A stretch of 55,234 bases of DNA, taken from the IMG/VR virus record IMGVR_UViG_3300019477_000080, positions 1 through 55,234 of that record, one strand, 5' to 3'. The stretch comes from a virus. Below the pieces are notes generated by a model. The model was given only the letters and a program-made list of their open reading frames with translations, ran no database searches and was not told the DNA's origin. The position numbers were made by a program, and so were the translations under genes. Every line of letters begins with the position of its first letter. The first letter of the stretch is position 1. Shown piece by piece: positions 34,231 through 44,698 of the stretch.

Positions 34231-35637
34231 ATGGCTGGAAATTTGACCATAGGATACCCAAGTTTGTATGGCGAGGGTGGACCGGTACTTACCCACGACC
34301 CTGTACCGTATCGGGCTAATGGGGGAGTGGGCGGGCCATTGCTCATCCCCAACCGTGTACCGTATCAGACTAATGGGATAGATGGTGGGGCATCGCTCAT
34401 CCCCAACCGTGTACCTTATCAGGGTACGCCGCTGCGCAAGGGGGAGCTTCCGCAGCTCATGCAGTTCGGCGACGCAATACGCGGGGGTTCTTTGTACCAA
34501 CTGCCGCCGAACTACGTCGGCACACCAATCGCGCCGCCGAAGGCGGTCTCTCCGCCCGTAGCCGCAGCACAGCCGGCGGAGCAGGCGGTATCTGTCACCC
34601 AACCCCAGCAGGTAGCTGCTCCGCAGTCCATCTTCTCGGTTGAGGCTCTGCCGCGTGTTGATGTACCTAAGCTGCGCCCGCAACAGAACGACATCCGTTT
34701 CATCGCCTCGCAGGGCGTTGATGCTTTGGACGGCGGCGACGCATCACTAGACTTCGGTCGCCGTTATGCGGCAGCCGCCGCAACAGGCGCAGTGCCTGTG
34801 GTAAGTAACGCTATGCTGGCTGCGATGAACCGCCAACACGCCCGCAACCAAGCCGCACTGTCCGCCGCGACTAAGACGCAGGACGTGAACGATATGTACG
34901 CCGCGATGAACGACCCTAACCTACGCGCCCGCGCCTATGCCTTATCCAAAGCGAGTGGTATCTCGTTCGACCTTGCGATGAAGCAGGCAGTGCAGTCCAA
35001 GCTGATGGAGGGTGGCGATTACAACTTGGCAAACCGCTATGAGATGTCGCAAATCCTGCCCCAGTTGGACGCAGAACAGCAACGCCGTGTCACAGAGGCC
35101 ATTAACACCGGCGGCTCGGCTACGCCGGTGCGCGGTCCAGATGGTGGGGACTTACAAATCAGTGGTATCAATTACGTCCACCCCACTGGCGAGGGTACTA
35201 ATCTGTACACCACGGCCAACCACATTTTTGAAGGTACGCCGAACGCAGGCACGATGTATGGCGTGGTTAACGGCTCAAGCTCCCCGACCACGGCATCGTT
35301 CAATCTGGTCGAGGCCGGTATGAAAAACAACGCCGCAGCCCAAGCGCAAATATCTAAGCAAATCGCCGACGAACGCGCACGGGTTGCAAAAGCCGAAGAG
35401 ACGGCGTTGGCCCAGTTCAACAAAAATCTCGCCGTGCAAGCGCAGTTGTTACGCGCCAACGCGAGTCAGCAGAATGCCGCAACCCGTGCGGCTACGGCAG
35501 GCAATAATAGCGACAGCCAACTGGCGAAGAACATGATAGCGACGTTGAAAGCGTTGCCTGACGGCGACCCACGCAAAGTGCAAATCATGGAAGCCTTGAC
35601 CCAAATGTACCTAAGCCCAACCTCTCCGACGGAGTAG
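34231..35637 (+). CDS. hypothetical virion/ejection protein
   Basis: 468-aa ORF. Internal repeat NRVPYQ(T/G) x2 near the N-terminus. Confidence 0.5.
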   Translation: MAGNLTIGYPSLYGEGGPVLTHDPVPYRANGGVGGPLLIPNRVPYQTNGIDGGASLIPNRVPYQGTPLRKGELPQLMQFGDAIRGGSLYQLPPNYVGTPIAPPKAVSPPVAAAQPAEQAVSVTQPQQVAAPQSIFSVEALPRVDVPKLRPQQNDIRFIASQGVDALDGGDASLDFGRRYAAAAATGAVPVVSNAMLAAMNRQHARNQAALSAATKTQDVNDMYAAMNDPNLRARAYALSKASGISFDLAMKQAVQSKLMEGGDYNLANRYEMSQILPQLDAEQQRRVTEAINTGGSATPVRGPDGGDLQISGINYVHPTGEGTNLYTTANHIFEGTPNAGTMYGVVNGSSSPTTASFNLVEAGMKNNAAAQAQISKQIADERARVAKAEETALAQFNKNLAVQAQLLRANASQQNAATRAATAGNNSDSQLAKNMIATLKALPDGDPRKVQIMEALTQMYLSPTSPTE

Positions 35638-35640
35638 CCT

Positions 35641-36435
35641 ATGGCAGCGTACACTTATGATTATGGTCTAGGGCTGGGCGCACCTATTCAATCGGATAAG
35701 TTCCGTATCACGTCATGGGTAGGGCCTCGCGCCCGCTTCGCCACGTCGGGTGGACAGCACTCCAGTACCAGTCATGCGGGCGTGGATATTGCCACGCCGG
35801 TCGGCACGAACCTGCTCGCGCCTATGTCGGGCAGGGTAATCCATGTCGTCAACGTGAACGACGGCACGAACAAGCGCAACCAACGCGGGTACGGCAACCA
35901 AGTGGTAATCCAGCGCGATGACGGTGTTATAACACAACAATCGCATTTGTTCGATGTGAACGTCAAGGTCGGCGACCGTGTACAGCAGGGTCAGGTCATC
36001 GGGCGCACCGGCAACTCCGGTAGCTCGACAGGCCCGCACTTGGATTACATCGTCATCAAGGATGGTATGGCTATGCGCCCCGATGGTACGGCGTACCGAG
36101 CGTATCAGAAGTCGTGGTTGCCAAAGGCAGGTACAATCGCTTCGCCTACCGCGCCGACAGGCGGCACTACGGGCTACGCTCAATCCGCGCCAGTATTCTC
36201 CGCGCAGCCTACGCCAGTCGCTACACCCGACATCCCTGCACCGGCTAAACCTGTTGCCCAGCAGGATTTCTTTGCCGAGTTGGTAAAAGAGCAAGAGGCG
36301 GCCGACAAGCTACTGTCTCTTACCGAGCCACGCGCGGGCGCAGTGGCTGTACCCAACGATGACTTCTACACTAACGTAGCGCAAGCAGATTGGAATACCT
36401 ATTATGGCTACCCGACAAGACCTAGAGCGTTATAG
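35641..36435 (+). CDS. M23/LytM-family peptidoglycan endopeptidase (virion-associated)
   Basis: HAGVDIATPVGTNLLAPMSGRV...GNSGSSTGPHLDY. Confidence 0.85.
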   Translation: MAAYTYDYGLGLGAPIQSDKFRITSWVGPRARFATSGGQHSSTSHAGVDIATPVGTNLLAPMSGRVIHVVNVNDGTNKRNQRGYGNQVVIQRDDGVITQQSHLFDVNVKVGDRVQQGQVIGRTGNSGSSTGPHLDYIVIKDGMAMRPDGTAYRAYQKSWLPKAGTIASPTAPTGGTTGYAQSAPVFSAQPTPVATPDIPAPAKPVAQQDFFAELVKEQEAADKLLSLTEPRAGAVAVPNDDFYTNVAQADWNTYYGYPTRPRAL

Positions 36436-37132
36436 GGCCGACCCCTATGTGCAACAGATGCTGACGCTGCTGTCCCGTACCGAAGGTACATACGACGCGA
36501 AGAACCCGTATGCCGTGTACGGTGGTAAGGTATCGAACCAGCTTACCAGTTTCGCCGACCACCCTCGCGCCGCAGGGAAATGGAACTTCCAAGACAACTC
36601 CGGCAAGTCGCAGGGGTCTACCGCCGCAGGCCGGTATCAGATTATCCAAAAGACGTGGGATGGTATCTCGCGCCAGTACGGGCTTAACGACTTCAGCCCC
36701 ATGAACCAAGACCTCGCCGCCATCGGCTTGATGGTGAACAGCGGGGTCATGCCACTTATCCTCAAGGGCGACATACGCGGTGCGGCTTCCAAGCTGGGCA
36801 ACGTGTGGGCCAGCCTGCCCTCAAGCCCCTACAACCAAGCGAAGCGCAGTGGTAAAGAGTTCGATAGAATGCTCGCTGCGACCACAGGTGTGACCGCGCC
36901 TGCCGAGTTGCCGTCTACGGCTGGGGCAGGTGGTCTGCCCACCAAGGAAATCGTTACACCGAAGATACCGTCGCCTACTGCGCCAACCACGAGACAAGAT
37001 TTCGTACTTGACCCTTTGAGCAAAGAGGAACTTGAGGCTATAATGGCCGAGAAACGCCCGACGCAGCCACGCATTAAAGACGACTTCTTCGTCAATGTGG
37101 CGAAGCCTAACTGGGCGGCCTATTACAGTTAA
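36404..37132 (+). CDS. lambda R-like lytic transglycosylase (GH104-like) with a C-terminal extension
   Basis: LLSRTEGT, DHPR, STAAGRYQIIQKTWDGISRQYGLNDFSPMNQD and GDIRGAASKLGNVWASLP parallel lambda R. The start is uncertain because it overlaps the upstream gene by 32 nt. Confidence 0.85.
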   Translation: MATRQDLERYRADPYVQQMLTLLSRTEGTYDAKNPYAVYGGKVSNQLTSFADHPRAAGKWNFQDNSGKSQGSTAAGRYQIIQKTWDGISRQYGLNDFSPMNQDLAAIGLMVNSGVMPLILKGDIRGAASKLGNVWASLPSSPYNQAKRSGKEFDRMLAATTGVTAPAELPSTAGAGGLPTKEIVTPKIPSPTAPTTRQDFVLDPLSKEELEAIMAEKRPTQPRIKDDFFVNVAKPNWAAYYS

Positions 37133-37141
37133 GGATTAAAG

Positions 37142-40100
37142 ATGCCATACAACGCCGGTGCATTATCATACTTGGACAACCTAGCCGCGATGACACAGCA
37201 AGCCGCCTTAGACAATGAGGCGGCTCGTCAGCAGTTGGCACTTGAGCAACAACAGTCTGAAGCGCGTATCGCCGAAGCACAGCAAGCGATGGAGGACGCG
37301 CTCGCCCAACAGCAACAAGCGCAGTTGCAGGCACAACAGCAGCAGGCAGCGGCATCCGCCGCTGCTATGTCCACCGGCAACAAGTGGGCTGACGAGTTCA
37401 TTGCTTCCGCCGATAAGTTCAACTATGGTACACATAGTATCGACCCGAACGGCGCGACCCTGTGGAATCGCAAAGTGTTGGATAACTGGCTGGACGCTAA
37501 AGCCAAAGAAGAAAACTGGAACGCCCTGCAAAAAGACCAAATTAAGAAACAGGTCAAAGATGCAGTGATTAAGGCCAGCTCCAACAAACATCTGTTTGAT
37601 ACAGAGGAACGCGGGTTTTGGGGCGCGGTCGGCGATATTGGTAACTCGTTGGCCGACAGTGCCATTGGTGGGCTTGCCGACCTAGCCAGCACCCTCAACA
37701 CCGTGACGTATGAGGGTGCGAAGCGCATGGGCAAAGCAGGCTACACAGACGCTCTTGGCCTCATAAGCCCAGCCTATGTTATGGAAAAAGCGTGGGAAGC
37801 CACAGGTCTCGGCGATGGCAAGATGAACTGGGACAAACAGATTGATGACGCTGTTGTTGCAGCCCGCTCCGCGTGGGGCGATTTGAAGTCTGATTACTCT
37901 AAAGACGCAGCCCGCGCCCGCGCCGAAGCCAGCGGTGTGGCAGAGACCATGCTTGCGCTTGGCGACAAGCCTTCTACGGCACTCGACGAACTCGCTTACG
38001 CACTTGGCACGGTGGTAGGTGCTAAGGGGTTGGGTGCTGTCGGTAAGGGTGCTGCTACCGTTGGCAAAGGCGTAGTTAAAGGCGCGGCGAAAGCCACAAG
38101 TGAAGCTACGTTAGGTTTGGCGGATGATGTACTACGCGCCGGTGGTGAACAACTTGGCCGCGCTGCGGGTGTGTTGAGACCTGTGGCGGAACGTTTGAAC
38201 CCCTCCCTGCTGGCGCGTACTGCCGCTATCGAGGGTTCAGGCAATGCGATGGACGTGCTTCGCCAAGAGGGGGCGTATGACCCTAACGCTGCACAATACA
38301 CTGGCGACGCACTGGCTACGGCTGCGGCCACCGGCCTGCTGACAGGTGGTATAACTTATCTCGGCGGTAAGCTGTTCAACACCGTAGAGGGTACGGCGGC
38401 TCGTGCTTTGGGCGGTCGCGCTGCGGCAGGTAATACCACTTTGAGCCAAACCCTGCTGTCGGGTAGCGGTCTAACTATTGGTCAAGCCCTGCGTACTGTG
38501 GCTGACGATATTGCCTCCGGCACAGCGTCTAAGGCTACGCGCGAGGTGCTAGGCGAAGCGACCGAGTATCTGATGTCCCGTACTGCGCAGCTTGTTCCCA
38601 AATCGGGCAAGCTCTCCGCAGTGTTCAACGGCACGAAACAGCTTACCAGCGGTATGTTGGGCGAGGGGCTAGAAGAGGGCCTTATCGGTATGGTATCCAG
38701 TGCCGCCACACAAGGCATAGGCAAAGACGGTACGTTCAATACCAACAACATCGACCTTAAAGAAGTTGTGCGGGCGGGCGCGAACGCTGCCACACTGGGC
38801 GCGGCACTGGGTGTCGTTAGCGGTAGCGTTGAATCCGCAGGCAAATACCGCGAGAACCGTGCCAACGTCGACCGCATTCTGCGCGACAACGAGCAGGCAG
38901 CGGCGCAACTGCAAGACGCACGTCAGATGTGGTATGACATCGAGAACCCCGCCGGTGCAGCCCGACCACAGGCGAAAGCACAACCACAACCACAGGCGCA
39001 GCCTACGGCTGACCCATTGCAACAAGCTCAAGCCCAAGCGCAGCCTACCGCTGCGCTGGCACTGCCAAGCCCTAGCCCTACACTGGCTATCCCCAGCAAC
39101 ATCGACCCACGCCTGCCTGACGACGTATATCGTGAACTGGCATTGCAAGCCTACAAAGAACGTGTGGCACAGGCCGATGCTGCTCGTGCCGGCCGAGAGA
39201 TGGCCGCCGAAGCGGATGCATCCAAACAACGCGCGATGGGCGACCGCTTGGCAGACTACGCCAAGACCGAACAAGCTAAAGTTGCGCTCAATGAATTACT
39301 CACACCTGAACAACGCGCCGAACGCGCGACTGCGGGTTTCCGTTTCGCCGACGATATTCTCAACCATAGCGACATTCATGTGCCGCAGGGTGTCCGTGCG
39401 ACCATCGAGTTGCTCGGCCAATTGGAACGCGCCCAAGACCTGATTAAGAATGGTACGCTGGATAGGACTACTGAAAGGTCTTTGCTGGATTCCGCCAGCC
39501 AGTTGCTGCGCTATGCCACACGTCAAGGCCGTCTCGAAGCCGCGCGTACTTGGGTCGATAAGAACCTGTTGAAAATCAAGACTGCGGAACAGGCACAGCC
39601 TGCCCCTACCGATGGTACGACCAAGGCCGTCAGCAATACCCGCTCAACCAAGACTGTACTCGAACAGAATGGTATAGCAGGTGCTGCCGGTAAAGATGTG
39701 ATGCGCTTGATGAAAGACGTGAAGTCAACCAAAGCGCGTGTGGAAGTGAATAATTTTATCGAAGCGTTCACAAGCGACGAACCCACCGATGTGGGTTATT
39801 ACCGTGACCGTGCTGTCGCCAGCCTGACCGATATGTATGTGAAACAGGGGCAAGACCAAGCCACTGCGGAAGCATCCGCGCAGCAGTTGGTCGATGACTT
39901 GGAAGCCACGTTGTCTGATGGTGTTGAATCCCGTGCAGCCACTAAAGAAGCCGCCTCGCAGGAGGGTGCGGCTGCCGAAGCAAAAAAGCTCCAGTTGACC
40001 CTCTTCGACGAGGTAACGCCTGACGCTACCCAAGCGGTACATGACACTGCGCGAGCCATGCAGAAGCACGGCGCACCGATAGAGTGGCAAGACGACCTGA

Positions 40101-43100
40101 ACCTGCTAGGGAAGCAAGGACTTGACGTTGCCGCTATGGACTTCCGCAACCAGTTGGGCGAAGAGGGTACGCAGACTGAATGGGATACGATGTCCGACGC
40201 GGAAAAACACTTCGCCATTGAACAGCAGACCATCGCTCGTGGTACGAACGCCTTGCGTAATGCGTTCGGCGATGATGTCGCTTGGAGCGTGGTATGGGTA
40301 TCTCCGCGCAGTCAGAACCTGCACAACCGCAACGCTCGTGCCTATGTGGTTGATGGCGACCCGAACACTATTTATGTTGTCGCCCACCCGCACATGACGA
40401 ACCAACAGTTCGTGTACGCCGTAGCCCATGAGATGTTGCACCAAGGGGTTGACGTGAACCTGCGCGGTAAAGTGCTGCGCGGTGCGGACTACAATCAACA
40501 CATGAACCGACTGGCGGAGAACCCTTTTGTGCAAGCACTGATGGCGCGTATCGGCGAGCGATACGGCAACATCGACAAGCAGTCTATGGTAGAGGAAGCC
40601 CTCGCCGAGATTCACGCTGCGCGTACAACGAAAGACGGTTGGAACGTCCTGCGTAACGAGTGGGGCTTGGATATGGACATCCCTGCCGCCCTGCGCTCTA
40701 CCAACTCAAGCAGCTTGGTCTCCCGTGTAATCAGCTACCTGAAGCAAATCGTGTCCCGCATGACAGGCAAGTTCCGTAAGGCAAGCGACAGCGCGGTGGC
40801 AGACTTCCTGAAAGTGGTAACAGCCCGCCGTCCGAACGACACCGCAGGTATCCGTACACCCGACCAAGTGCGTGAGTACCGTCAACGCATGAGCTTTGAA
40901 TCGGCGCAGGCGCGTAGCGATTATTACCATAGCCAAGCGCGTTCCATCTATCCCGACTTCGATGCGCTAGACAGTAACACTAAGGCCAACATCCTGTCGC
41001 AGTTGGCGGCGGGCGACGAGCAGGCACAGACCGAACTGGGCTTGCAAATCCGTAATTCCCTGCTGCCGGTCAACGACCCATGGAAAGACCCTAAGTGGCG
41101 AGCGCAACAACAGGCCGCAGAGCACGCGCAGAAAGTAGCCGCAGCGCAGCAGGCGGCCAACCAAGTGCCACCGTCAAGCAACACGCAAGGTCAGGCTGAT
41201 TATGTGCGCCGTACCGTGCGTCAAATCCGTATCTACCCGTCACGCGCGAACACCAGCTACTACAACGCCTCCGACTTGGATGCGTATGTTGGTATCATCT
41301 CGCAAGTCCGTAAGGGCGACGAATACTTCGTTCGCGTAGAGATGAACGACGACGCAACAGGGGCGAAAGGTATCATTTACGAAGAACCTGTCACTGGCGA
41401 CATCGACCTCGATATGCACAACGCATGGGAAGCGTTGGTGCAACAGTACCCGAACGCGCACTACGAGCGACGCGAGGGCAGCACATACAGCACCGAGGCA
41501 AACCGTGCGTTGACACCCGAAGAACTGGTGGTATTGAACCGCGCCCAACAGATGGGGCTGTCCTCTCCGTCCCTGCGCCGTTGGACTAACTGGCTGCGCG
41601 AGAAGCTGCCTGCCAACTATGTACCAATCTTGGATAAGTTCCTCGATATAGTAGAGATGGCGCGTACCCACTGGGTAAGTATTTACACCCCATTCATAGC
41701 TGTGGAACAGATGTACGCCGACGCTACCGGCAAGCAGACCAACATCATCACACGCCTGCTCCGCGATAAGAGTGAGGCAGGCGCGTTCCTGCACCGTAAC
41801 TTCAATAGTACCAACCCTAAACAGCAGTCGCTACGTGACCGCACCGAGCGGCTGCGTCAGACCATCATCGACAGCGGCATCTCGCAAGAGAAAGTGAACC
41901 GTATCCTGCACGGCTTGGAAGAGCGTGTCCGCTCCGACGTGCTGTTGAACAGCGACGAGTCGCTCGGCCACTGGAAGGAAGTGAGTGGTAATCGCGTGTT
42001 GTTCGACCCAGCCACGGGCCGTCCGCGTTACACCGTGACCGGATACCGCTTCCAAGACCTCGACACCACCGACCCGAACGCCGGTACTTACGACCTGCGT
42101 GGTATCCGCTTGGCGCAGGCGTTGGCAAACCTGACGGTAGAAGAGCGCAACAAGATTGGCTCGATTGTGGCTGAAGTAGCCGAGACCAACCGCATTGTGA
42201 ACAAGCTGAAACACGAACGTGGCGTGTTGACAGACAAGGACTACTACGAGCGCGTCAACCGTGGTAAGAGCTATTTGGACATGGTATTCCCCGAACTGGC
42301 GGCACAAGGCGTTGACTTCGGCGGGTTCTTCGTTACCATGCGTGATGACGACAGTAGTGCGTACTCTAAAGCCCACGCGCTCGGGCGTGCCAGTGCGGTA
42401 GAGAACGTGTTGGGCAACACCGCTAAGGTGTGGGAGGCAGAGGTTAAGATTGCGTTTACCAATAACGAGTTGTCGCAGTTCGCATTGATGGTAATGAGTA
42501 TGCCGAACAAGCATTTCGTCATCGACCCTGTGTCCCCACGCAACAACTTCGACGACCCTGATAACGTGCTGGATTGGGAGACCAGTCACAAGGGCGAGCA
42601 GGACAGTATCATGATTTATATCAACGGTACTCCGGTACGCCTCGTGGCTAAGTCGAAAGCCGCAGCCAAAGCGTTGCGCCAAGAGCAACCACACGCAGCA
42701 GTGGCGAAGATTGGTAGTATCAACCACTACTTCAACCAGTTCAAGACCTCGTTGAACCCTGCGTACCCCGTGTTCGGCCTCATGCGCGACATCATGACCG
42801 GCTACCTGAATATCAGCGGCGCAATCGGCGAGCAGTACGTTGACAGCAAGTCAGCCCCTGCGGTTGGTATGAAGTCCATCGGCTACGCCCTGAAGTACCT
42901 GTTTTCGCCCGACAGCCACAACCTGTTCCTCGGTACGGCTCGCGGGCAGTACACTGACCCTTGGCAGTTGGCATACCAACGTTTAGGCGCGGGTATGCAG
43001 TTCGGCGACAACCTTAACACGGATGCGTTCGCTACCAACGCCCTGACGGGCAAGCTGCCCCATCAAGCCGACCTGCTGCGCTCCGGCGTGAGCAAGGCTC

Positions 43101-44455
43101 GTGGTATCACTGCGCGTGTTGCAGAGACCATCGCTTACCCACCGGAGACCGCTATGCGTCTCGGCGCATTCCGTGCCTACGTCGAACACGTCTTCGGCCC
43201 ACAACCGAGCAACGTGACGGCAGAGCAGTTGGTTGACCTGTTCGACCAAGCCAAGAACCCGACCAACGCGGACAGAGCTGCTGCCATTATCTTGGGTACG
43301 AAGAACCTGACCAGTAACTTCCAACAGCACGGCGCGGACAACATGGTTCGCCACATGTTCTCGTTCCACAACGCCGTCATGCAAGGTACGTTCTCGACCC
43401 TGCCGCAAATCCTATCGACCAAGCATGGTCGCGACAGCATGGCACTGATGGGTATCGGTCTGCTCATGGCAGCCGTCGCCAACGTGGGCGGCGAGGATGA
43501 CGACGAGTTCGGCAACAGTAAGTATTACCAAATCGCCAACCGCAACCGCACAGTGAAGCTGGGCGACATTCAAATCCCTATCCCTGACGAGATGGGCTGG
43601 TTCAAACTGCTTATCGACAACTCCGTCGGTGTGGCTATGGGTAAGCGCAACATCATCGACGCAGCGACCGAACAGGTAGGTGGTATGGTTGATATGACCA
43701 CCGCCCAACACTGGGGCAACACTGATAACGCCGTGGCAAATGCGATGTTCTTCGCCGCCCCTGCGTTCGCCCAACCTGCCGTGGCACTAACCACCGGCAA
43801 GGACATCTTCGGTCGTGACCTGAAGTCGGACTACGCCTATGACGAGAACGGCAAGCGCATCCCGTTCGCAGCCGACGTTGAGCGTACCACCTACCGTGCG
43901 TCAAGCACTGGTACTGATATTGCAGAGATGCTGTATGGTGCGACCGGCGGCGCGGTCGATATGACCGGCGACGAGATTGATGTGCTGGGTCAGGGCTACC
44001 TAGGGGGGCTGTACCGTTCCGTGACCCGTGGTATCGACGCAAGTGCCGACCGAGATATGGGCATCGCCGACATCGTTGGCAGCGAGCTGTTCCGCTCTAC
44101 CCAGCCTATCCATATCGACGGCCAGTCAGAGGAAGCATGGCAGAAGATGGGCGAGAAGCTGCACGTCAGCACACGCCACGCGGGTGGCACACTCGACATC
44201 CTCAACGCCGACATCGACCAGTCCGTGACGGAAGCGCAGCGTATCTACGCCGAGGCGGATAAGAAGATGCGGGCGGCCAAGAGTGATATGGGCTACTCCT
44301 ACAAGCAGTTGAATGATATGATTAGGCAAGCCGAAGCCGAGGGGCGTTACCAAGACGTTAGGGATTATCGGGCCGATATGCGTACTATCCGTACCAATAA
44401 GGCGGCGATTCGCGCCGAGGCTACCACTGAATTGAACTTGCTCGGTATTAAATAG
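37142..44455 (+). CDS. giant (2437-aa) virion/ejection protein with an HExxH zincin motif
   Basis: Single uninterrupted ORF. Gln/Ala coiled-coil N-terminus. VAHEMLHQG at nt 40427..40441. Gly/Ala-rich hydrophobic stretches. Confidence 0.7.
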   Translation: MPYNAGALSYLDNLAAMTQQAALDNEAARQQLALEQQQSEARIAEAQQAMEDALAQQQQAQLQAQQQQAAASAAAMSTGNKWADEFIASADKFNYGTHSIDPNGATLWNRKVLDNWLDAKAKEENWNALQKDQIKKQVKDAVIKASSNKHLFDTEERGFWGAVGDIGNSLADSAIGGLADLASTLNTVTYEGAKRMGKAGYTDALGLISPAYVMEKAWEATGLGDGKMNWDKQIDDAVVAARSAWGDLKSDYSKDAARARAEASGVAETMLALGDKPSTALDELAYALGTVVGAKGLGAVGKGAATVGKGVVKGAAKATSEATLGLADDVLRAGGEQLGRAAGVLRPVAERLNPSLLARTAAIEGSGNAMDVLRQEGAYDPNAAQYTGDALATAAATGLLTGGITYLGGKLFNTVEGTAARALGGRAAAGNTTLSQTLLSGSGLTIGQALRTVADDIASGTASKATREVLGEATEYLMSRTAQLVPKSGKLSAVFNGTKQLTSGMLGEGLEEGLIGMVSSAATQGIGKDGTFNTNNIDLKEVVRAGANAATLGAALGVVSGSVESAGKYRENRANVDRILRDNEQAAAQLQDARQMWYDIENPAGAARPQAKAQPQPQAQPTADPLQQAQAQAQPTAALALPSPSPTLAIPSNIDPRLPDDVYRELALQAYKERVAQADAARAGREMAAEADASKQRAMGDRLADYAKTEQAKVALNELLTPEQRAERATAGFRFADDILNHSDIHVPQGVRATIELLGQLERAQDLIKNGTLDRTTERSLLDSASQLLRYATRQGRLEAARTWVDKNLLKIKTAEQAQPAPTDGTTKAVSNTRSTKTVLEQNGIAGAAGKDVMRLMKDVKSTKARVEVNNFIEAFTSDEPTDVGYYRDRAVASLTDMYVKQGQDQATAEASAQQLVDDLEATLSDGVESRAATKEAASQEGAAAEAKKLQLTLFDEVTPDATQAVHDTARAMQKHGAPIEWQDDLNLLGKQGLDVAAMDFRNQLGEEGTQTEWDTMSDAEKHFAIEQQTIARGTNALRNAFGDDVAWSVVWVSPRSQNLHNRNARAYVVDGDPNTIYVVAHPHMTNQQFVYAVAHEMLHQGVDVNLRGKVLRGADYNQHMNRLAENPFVQALMARIGERYGNIDKQSMVEEALAEIHAARTTKDGWNVLRNEWGLDMDIPAALRSTNSSSLVSRVISYLKQIVSRMTGKFRKASDSAVADFLKVVTARRPNDTAGIRTPDQVREYRQRMSFESAQARSDYYHSQARSIYPDFDALDSNTKANILSQLAAGDEQAQTELGLQIRNSLLPVNDPWKDPKWRAQQQAAEHAQKVAAAQQAANQVPPSSNTQGQADYVRRTVRQIRIYPSRANTSYYNASDLDAYVGIISQVRKGDEYFVRVEMNDDATGAKGIIYEEPVTGDIDLDMHNAWEALVQQYPNAHYERREGSTYSTEANRALTPEELVVLNRAQQMGLSSPSLRRWTNWLREKLPANYVPILDKFLDIVEMARTHWVSIYTPFIAVEQMYADATGKQTNIITRLLRDKSEAGAFLHRNFNSTNPKQQSLRDRTERLRQTIIDSGISQEKVNRILHGLEERVRSDVLLNSDESLGHWKEVSGNRVLFDPATGRPRYTVTGYRFQDLDTTDPNAGTYDLRGIRLAQALANLTVEERNKIGSIVAEVAETNRIVNKLKHERGVLTDKDYYERVNRGKSYLDMVFPELAAQGVDFGGFFVTMRDDDSSAYSKAHALGRASAVENVLGNTAKVWEAEVKIAFTNNELSQFALMVMSMPNKHFVIDPVSPRNNFDDPDNVLDWETSHKGEQDSIMIYINGTPVRLVAKSKAAAKALRQEQPHAAVAKIGSINHYFNQFKTSLNPAYPVFGLMRDIMTGYLNISGAIGEQYVDSKSAPAVGMKSIGYALKYLFSPDSHNLFLGTARGQYTDPWQLAYQRLGAGMQFGDNLNTDAFATNALTGKLPHQADLLRSGVSKARGITARVAETIAYPPETAMRLGAFRAYVEHVFGPQPSNVTAEQLVDLFDQAKNPTNADRAAAIILGTKNLTSNFQQHGADNMVRHMFSFHNAVMQGTFSTLPQILSTKHGRDSMALMGIGLLMAAVANVGGEDDDEFGNSKYYQIANRNRTVKLGDIQIPIPDEMGWFKLLIDNSVGVAMGKRNIIDAATEQVGGMVDMTTAQHWGNTDNAVANAMFFAAPAFAQPAVALTTGKDIFGRDLKSDYAYDENGKRIPFAADVERTTYRASSTGTDIAEMLYGATGGAVDMTGDEIDVLGQGYLGGLYRSVTRGIDASADRDMGIADIVGSELFRSTQPIHIDGQSEEAWQKMGEKLHVSTRHAGGTLDILNADIDQSVTEAQRIYAEADKKMRAAKSDMGYSYKQLNDMIRQAEAEGRYQDVRDYRADMRTIRTNKAAIRAEATTELNLLGIK

Positions 44456-44464
44456 GAGGGGGAT

Positions 44465-44698
44465 ATGGAACAAGTCAAATGGTACAAACGCTTGCTCTGT
44501 GGTTACAACATTCTAGGCGATTTTGCCGATTTGATATGTCGGGGGACGGAGACGCAGTACGACCTAACCATGGCTGATATTCGTAACAAGAAGGTCAGTA
44601 TGCGTTGTTGGTGCTGTACTTTTTGGCGCGGGGTTATTGTCGGCGCGGTTGCGTCAGCTTTGGTAACGGGAGCGATTCATGCAGCAATTCACTTATAG
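44465..44698 (+). CDS. small membrane protein (lysis-cassette member)
   Basis: 77 aa with the C-terminal TM segment GVIVGAVASALVTGAIHAAI. Confidence 0.5.
   Translation: MEQVKWYKRLLCGYNILGDFADLICRGTETQYDLTMADIRNKKVSMRCWCCTFWRGVIVGAVASALVTGAIHAAIHL

Noticed and set aside
41831-42727. 298-aa minus-strand ORF, plus many other nested ORFs in 37.2-44.5 kb.
   Set aside because: All lie inside the uninterrupted 2437-aa plus-strand ORF, and none has translation signals.
37142-44455. The giant protein as an N4-type virion RNA polymerase.
   Set aside because: I could not find the T7-like motifs (motif A/C aspartates in context, motif B R..K...Y.G). Only an HExxH motif is recognisable.
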